Assembly: GCA_038087875.1 (NCBI GenBank)
Contig: CM075988.1
Span: forward strand, 5,456,001-5,520,000
Direction: 5' to 3'
Source of the DNA: Malacoraja senta
Taxonomy: Eukaryota
Length of the DNA stretch: 64,000 bases
Shown: piece after piece, positions 63,718 through 64,000 of the stretch
How the letters are laid out: each line of letters starts with the position of its first letter
Numbering within the stretch: the stretch's first letter is position 1
Notes under the pieces: model-generated
Databases searched by the model: none
What the model was told of the DNA's origin: nothing
What the model saw: the letters and a program-made list of their open reading frames with translations, nothing else
Position numbers and translations under genes: made by a program

Positions 63718-64000
63718 AGAAGGGAGTTCACCATATCCTTCTGAAGGGATACAGATGAGCATTACATGGTGGCTTAGTCTGCAACGCACAAAACCAATGA
63801 ACAAATATATAAAAACAGATAAATCGACCCAAGGAACATTATCACAGCGACGTTATCAATTAAAACCTGTCAACAAGCCTTATAGACGGCGATAATACAT
63901 TAATTGGTTAAATTGGTCTGAGATTAAGGGAGAGGTTGAGTAGGCTGGGTCCCTAATCCTTGGAGCACAGGAGGATGAGGGGTGATCTTATAGAGGTGTA

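Overview
Repeat-saturated, essentially non-coding vertebrate DNA, most likely a large intron or gene desert of a cartilaginous fish (skate/ray-like). That assignment is inferred from about 35 HE1-type V-SINEs with their partner CR1/HER1 LINE tails, not from a database match. I cannot confidently identify a host protein-coding gene; nearly all listed ORFs are transposon or tandem-repeat artefacts. Main structures: (1) a 4.7-kb DIRS1-type tyrosine-recombinase retrotransposon (22768-27506, minus). Its ITR/ICR architecture is intact, its RT core is replaced by a segment with a ~90-bp tandem array, and its 5' region has three hairpins showing a compensatory base-pair change. (2) More than ten Penelope-derived short repeats carrying minimal hammerhead ribozyme cores (CUGAAGA-stem II-GAAACGUC), often as inverted pairs. 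(3) Two non-autonomous Helitrons carrying minisatellites, one in a three-level nest CR1>hAT>Helitron. (4) A TIR element with a 7-bp TSD, a Harbinger fold-back MITE and a candidate solo LTR. (5) A teleost-like AFC-type CORE-SINE, an old fragmented Deu-domain SINE, and a GC-rich retroposon family with interchangeable 3' tails. (6) Several TE-free AT-rich islands and two weak exon candidates. Family names come from recalled consensus motifs; boundaries of decayed repeats are approximate.
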